Below are positions 33,163 to 36,959 of a stretch of 36,959 nucleotides of DNA, one piece after another (the stretch's first letter is position 1; the number at the start of each line of letters is the position of its first letter). The notes below the pieces were generated by a model. That model ran no database searches, was not told where the DNA came from, and saw nothing but the letters and a program-made list of their open reading frames with translations. A program made the position numbers and the translations under genes. Origin of the DNA: Patescibacteria group bacterium (GTDB lineage: Archaea > Thermoproteota > Bathyarchaeia > TCS64). The DNA lies in the NCBI GenBank assembly GCA_035527235.1, contig DATLAV010000205.1, positions 1 to 36,959 of the forward strand. Reading direction: 5' to 3'.

Positions 33163-33735
33163 GTGTTCCCCGCAATCGGTCCTCTGGATATCAAGGTCGT
33201 CTCGACGGCGTTCCTGCTCCCGAGCGTGGAGGACCCCGTTATCTGGAGGGGGCCTCTGAAAATGGGGGTAATACACCAGTTCCTCTCGGATATACTCTGG
33301 GGAGACCTCGAATACTTACTCATCGACCTCCCTCCCGGGACCGGAGACGAGTCCCTCAGCGTACTTCAGCTCCTCCCAGAGATGGACGGCGTCATCATCG
33401 TAACGATACCAAGCGAGGTCTCCGAAGACGTCGTGAAAAAGACCGCCACCTTCGCCAGAAAGATGGAAGTCCCCTTCCTAGGCATCGTGGAGAACATGAG
33501 CGGCGGCGTCTGCCCCCACTGCGGCGAGAGGTTCGAAGTCTTCGGATCCGGAGACGGCGAGAACGTCGCCAGGGACATGGGCCTGGAGCTGATGGGAAAG
33601 ATCCCCCTCGATCCCAGAATCTCAACAGCCATGGACGCCGGCACGCCGTTCGTGATGGCTCAGCCAGAGACACCGGCCGCCGAGGAGTTCGCAAAGATCG
33701 TCAGGAAGATCGAGGGGAAAACCGAGTCAAAATAG
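33163..33735 (+). CDS. Mrp/ApbC/NBP35-family ATPase, C-terminal segment, in the same frame as 32881..33135
   Basis: The product reads VIWRGPLK, YLLIDLPPGTGDE and ENMSGGVCPHCGERFEVFG (CxxC cluster-binding motif). The codons between the TGA and 33163 (ERLPAGPPG) also align with Mrp homologues. Confidence 0.8.
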   Translation: MFPAIGPLDIKVVSTAFLLPSVEDPVIWRGPLKMGVIHQFLSDILWGDLEYLLIDLPPGTGDESLSVLQLLPEMDGVIIVTIPSEVSEDVVKKTATFARKMEVPFLGIVENMSGGVCPHCGERFEVFGSGDGENVARDMGLELMGKIPLDPRISTAMDAGTPFVMAQPETPAAEEFAKIVRKIEGKTESK

Positions 33736-33737
33736 TT

Positions 33738-35177
33738 TCAGGACTCGAAGACGAGTGACTTGACCACCACTGGGAAGACGGGATTACCGATTATCGACTC
33801 ACCGATGTCGATGAAGTCCCCCTCCCTGAGGGAGATCTCGTCGATGGAGAGGACGTTCCTGGTACCGGTCTCCCTGTAGAGCACGTTCCCCACCGAGTTG
33901 CCGACGTCGGTATCGAAGATCAAGATGATCGGGAGGCCCGTCTCGATGGTCCTGTGAAGGGCATCCACCAAGCCCAGGGAGAACATCTTCAGCCTCTCGT
34001 ACTGGATCCCGACGGGGTTGTGGAACGCCAGGGCGAGAGCAACATCTCCCTCCACGATGTCGTACCTTTGGAGGGTCCGGGTGACCTGATTGGAGATGTG
34101 TTCGACGGACATCTCGTCTCTGTTTATGTTCACGACTACGACGGGGAGGTTCCTTATCGGCAGCTGGAAATCGGGGGCCCTGTATGTTGTAGAGCCGCTC
34201 ACCTGGAGCGTGAACTCGCAGGCCCCGATGACTGTAGCCCGTATCTTCTCGGATGGCTCAACAAGCTCCATTCTCTCAGATTTACACAGGTACGCGATGC
34301 GTTCGCCCAGCTTGTGGCCGAGGTCGTTGAAGTCTTTCTGCTCTATTCCATAGATGAACTCGGCGACTCCCCCCGAGAAGCTGTAAATAGGATTGTCCTC
34401 GAAGCTTTCATGGGGAAGCATCTCGGTCATAAAAAGGTCGTCTGCAATGTCCGAGAGATCTCTACCCGTTAGCACTTTTATTAGTGAAGATGCAAGTAGA
34501 GAAGCCACGTCTGACACCTGATCGGGGTTTATGGTGTCTCCCAATTTGAGGTCTAGGTCCAGTGCCCCAAGGATCTCCCTGCCCGCGGGCTCCAGACGGG
34601 TTACCACACCGCCCTCATCAAAGGCGATCAGCCTGCCTCCGACGTTCATGCAGCCGGTGGCGAGTATCTCTCCGTCTGCTATGACTGCAATGTTGGAGGT
34701 TCCCCCACCGATGTCCGTGTGGATGAGCTTGCATCCAACGCGTCTAGAGTACTCGACGGCTCCCGATCCGTGGGCGGAGATGACAGACTCGAAGTTTGGC
34801 CCTGCTGTAGCTGCGACGAACTTGCCGGTCTCCCTTGAGAGCTGCTCGACGATCATCTCGGCGTTCTCTTTCCTAGCGGACTCCCCAGTCACTATCACCG
34901 CACCGGTGTCGACGTCAGCGGGGTTGATCCCGGCTCTCTCGTACTCTCCTTTGAGGAGGGGCAACAGCTTCTCGACGTCTATCTCACGGTTCCCCTCCTT
35001 GAGTGGGGTGAAGAAGATTTCCCCGCGGTACTTCACTTTCCTCTCGGTGATCCTGAACTTCTTGGAGGGCATGAAGGGGTCCTTCTCGAGGATGATCTCG
35101 GAGAAGACGAGATGTGATGTGGTGGTCCCGATGTCTATCCCAACGGAGGTGATCACCTTTCGGTCGATGTCGATCAT
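33738..35177 (-). CDS. eutA: EutA-like ASKHA-fold ATPase (ethanolamine ammonia-lyase reactivase family)
   Basis: The product reads VGIDIGTTTSHLVFS, VDTGAVIVTGESARKENA, FVAATAGPNFESVISAHGSGA and HTDIGGGTSNIAV. Length is 479 aa. Confidence 0.8.
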   Translation of the reverse strand: MIDIDRKVITSVGIDIGTTTSHLVFSEIILEKDPFMPSKKFRITERKVKYRGEIFFTPLKEGNREIDVEKLLPLLKGEYERAGINPADVDTGAVIVTGESARKENAEMIVEQLSRETGKFVAATAGPNFESVISAHGSGAVEYSRRVGCKLIHTDIGGGTSNIAVIADGEILATGCMNVGGRLIAFDEGGVVTRLEPAGREILGALDLDLKLGDTINPDQVSDVASLLASSLIKVLTGRDLSDIADDLFMTEMLPHESFEDNPIYSFSGGVAEFIYGIEQKDFNDLGHKLGERIAYLCKSERMELVEPSEKIRATVIGACEFTLQVSGSTTYRAPDFQLPIRNLPVVVVNINRDEMSVEHISNQVTRTLQRYDIVEGDVALALAFHNPVGIQYERLKMFSLGLVDALHRTIETGLPIILIFDTDVGNSVGNVLYRETGTRNVLSIDEISLREGDFIDIGESIIGNPVFPVVVKSLVFES

Positions 35178-35323
35178 TTTTACCTATCCATTCGGGTCGC
35201 CGGTTATCAGATGAATCTGGATAATGTCCGAAGGGCGAATAAAGGGGTTACGGTGCTCGCTGACCCTTCCCGACGCTAGGCAAAGATAATTAACAGAGAG
35301 GAGACTACTAGAAACGAAAAATT

Positions 35324-36772
35324 ATGAGAAAGGAACTAGCTGAGTTCGGACTTGAAACTGCAGCTAACCTAGGAACTTCATACGCGGATATCAGGTTCGT
35401 CGACGGTGAACGTCGGCTTGTGAGCGTAAAGAACGGTAACCCAGACAACATATCGCATACATCGGAGTCCGGATACGGCGTCAGGGTCATAGTGAATAAC
35501 GGCTGGGGCTTCGCCGGCTCCTTCAACGTGTCAAAGGACGGAGTCAAGGAGGCCGTTGATCTGGCCGTCAAGCTGGCCAAGGCAAGCTCGACCACCGCCA
35601 AGGGTGAGATAAAGTTGGCATCGACGAAGACCGTCGAGGACAGATACGAGTCAGATGTCAAGAAGGACCCGTTCGCCGTGCCACTCGAGGATATACTTGA
35701 GACCCTCGTCTCTGCCGACGAGGCATTCAGGGAGGTCAGCCCCCACGTCAGGACGACGTCAGGTCGGCTTCTGGCGAGGGTCGAGGGCAAGTACCTGGCT
35801 ACATCCGAGGGCTCCCGGATAGAGCAGAGGATCGTCTTCTGCGGGGGCAGCGGCCAGGGATACGTCATGGAGAGCGGCCTCGTCCAGAGGAGGACCTACG
35901 AGATCAACCCGAGGACGATGGGCTGGGAGTACATCGAGTCCCATGACGTTCCGGAGATGGCGAGGGACGCTGGGAAGGAGGCCGAGATGCTCCTCAAGGC
36001 AGAGCCCTGCCCGACGGAGATAAGGACCAACCTTATCCTTGACGACCCCCACATGTACCTACAGATCCACGAGACTATCGGCCACGCCTCAGAGCTCGAC
36101 AGGGTGCTGGGGACGGAGGCGGACTTCGCGGGCATGAGCTTCCTGACGCCGGAGAAGCTGGGAAGCTTCAGGTACGGCTCGGATCAGGTCAACTTCGTGG
36201 CAGATCCGACGATCCCCTTTGGCCTAGGAACTTACGGCTACGACGATGAGGGGACCCCGGCGAGGAAGGTCTACCTCGTCAAGGATGGGATGGTGAACGA
36301 CTACCAGTCATCAAGGGAGACAGCGGCCCAGCTCGGGCTGGAAGGGAGCAGCGCTGGGATGAGGGCGGCTACCCCCGTAGACCTCCCCATCATTCGCATG
36401 AACAACATCTGCCTCGAGGCCGGGGACTCGTGGAAAGCTGACGAGATCATCGCGGAGACTAATGAGGGCATACTGATGAGGACGACAAAGATGTGGTCAG
36501 TGGATCAGAGGCGGCTCAACTTCCAGTTCGGCTGCGAGGTCGGGTGGAAGATCAAGGAGGGTGAGTTGACGGAGATGATCAGAGACCCCACCTACACGGG
36601 CATAAGCTACGAGTTCTGGAGGGGCGTCGACGCCACCGCCAAGGACGACTGGACCCTCTACGGCACGACCGGATGTGGGAAGGGCAGGCCAAGCCAAGGT
36701 ATATACGTCGGTCACGGCGCCGCCACCACCAGGATAAAGGATGTCAGGATTGGCATCACAGGGAGGCTATGA
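35324..36772 (+). CDS. tldD: TldD-family metalloprotease
   Basis: The product reads YADIRF, GYGVRV, an HETIGHASELD motif (HExxxH) and a C-terminal GxC...G pattern. It is followed by an overlapping pmbA-like gene. Confidence 0.88.
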   Translation: MRKELAEFGLETAANLGTSYADIRFVDGERRLVSVKNGNPDNISHTSESGYGVRVIVNNGWGFAGSFNVSKDGVKEAVDLAVKLAKASSTTAKGEIKLASTKTVEDRYESDVKKDPFAVPLEDILETLVSADEAFREVSPHVRTTSGRLLARVEGKYLATSEGSRIEQRIVFCGGSGQGYVMESGLVQRRTYEINPRTMGWEYIESHDVPEMARDAGKEAEMLLKAEPCPTEIRTNLILDDPHMYLQIHETIGHASELDRVLGTEADFAGMSFLTPEKLGSFRYGSDQVNFVADPTIPFGLGTYGYDDEGTPARKVYLVKDGMVNDYQSSRETAAQLGLEGSSAGMRAATPVDLPIIRMNNICLEAGDSWKADEIIAETNEGILMRTTKMWSVDQRRLNFQFGCEVGWKIKEGELTEMIRDPTYTGISYEFWRGVDATAKDDWTLYGTTGCGKGRPSQGIYVGHGAATTRIKDVRIGITGRL

Positions 36773-36959
36773 TGATGCAGGGTATAGATATGGCTAAGAA
36801 GGCCGTCGAAAAGGCAGTCAATATGGGGGCCTCCCAGGCTGAGGCGATCATCCTCGTCGGGAGCACGGCGCTGACCAGGTACACTCACAACGCGATACAC
36901 CAGAACGTTGTGAAGAACAACACAGTGCTCAACCTTGAGGTCGTCATCGGGAAGAACAA
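36769..36959 (+). CDS. pmbA: PmbA/TldE-family protein. Partial: only the N-terminus lies in the window.
   Basis: Hand translation gives MMMQGIDMAKKAVEKAVNMGASQAEAIILVGSTALTRYTHNAIHQNVV.... Its ATG overlaps the tldD TGA as ATGA, and the frame is open to the window end. Confidence 0.7.
   Translation, partial: MMMQGIDMAKKAVEKAVNMGASQAEAIILVGSTALTRYTHNAIHQNVVKNNTVLNLEVVIGKN

Overview
This 36.96-kb window of about 58-62% GC reads as an archaeal chromosome. The archaeal markers are Alba, archaeal Pth2, an archaeal-type AspRS, a geranylgeranyl reductase, a DUF1610 zinc-ribbon protein, a four-module 2-oxoacid:ferredoxin oxidoreductase and GAGG-type Shine-Dalgarno sites. The lineage cannot be named from the sequence alone. 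Most genes are housekeeping or metabolic. They include an FAD oxidoreductase, an MFS transporter, a SAM methyltransferase, a family III CoA-transferase, thiL, alba, aspS, pth2, galM, an M14 carboxypeptidase, porGD plus a fused porAB, GGR, a long FKBP, a rhodanese, DppA, sucCD, a NUDIX CoA pyrophosphatase, Mrp/ApbC, EutA-like, and TldD/PmbA. There are four tRNA genes: Thr-CGU, Asn-GUU, Met/Ile2-CAU and Glu-UUC. I found no CRISPR array, integrase, transposase or rRNA. Five things deserve a second look. (1) A 1846-aa single-gene helicase-nuclease sits between thiL and tRNA-Asn. Its domain order is DUF4011-like N-terminus, SF1/Upf1-like helicase, Vsr/DUF559-like endonuclease, then DUF3320-like C-terminus, which looks like an Hhe-type defence candidate and is essentially uncharacterised in archaea. 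(2) Next to tRNA-Glu lies a decayed or atypical NHEJ module: a 5'-truncated Ku translationally coupled to a LigD-like ligase-phosphoesterase fusion, no polymerase domain, and a second phosphoesterase copy killed by a CAG-to-TAG change. (3) Three conserved genes (FUN14, the PE copy, Mrp/ApbC) are each interrupted by one in-frame stop with no frameshift. (4) An orphan tRNA 3' fragment lies 164 nt downstream of tRNA-Thr, and a similar A/C-rich element trails two of the tRNA genes. (5) Several unusual architectures occur: a fused porAB, a lysine-rich tail on FKBP, and an orphan EutA. Many long ORFs in the track are antisense shadows of real genes in GC-rich DNA and were rejected.
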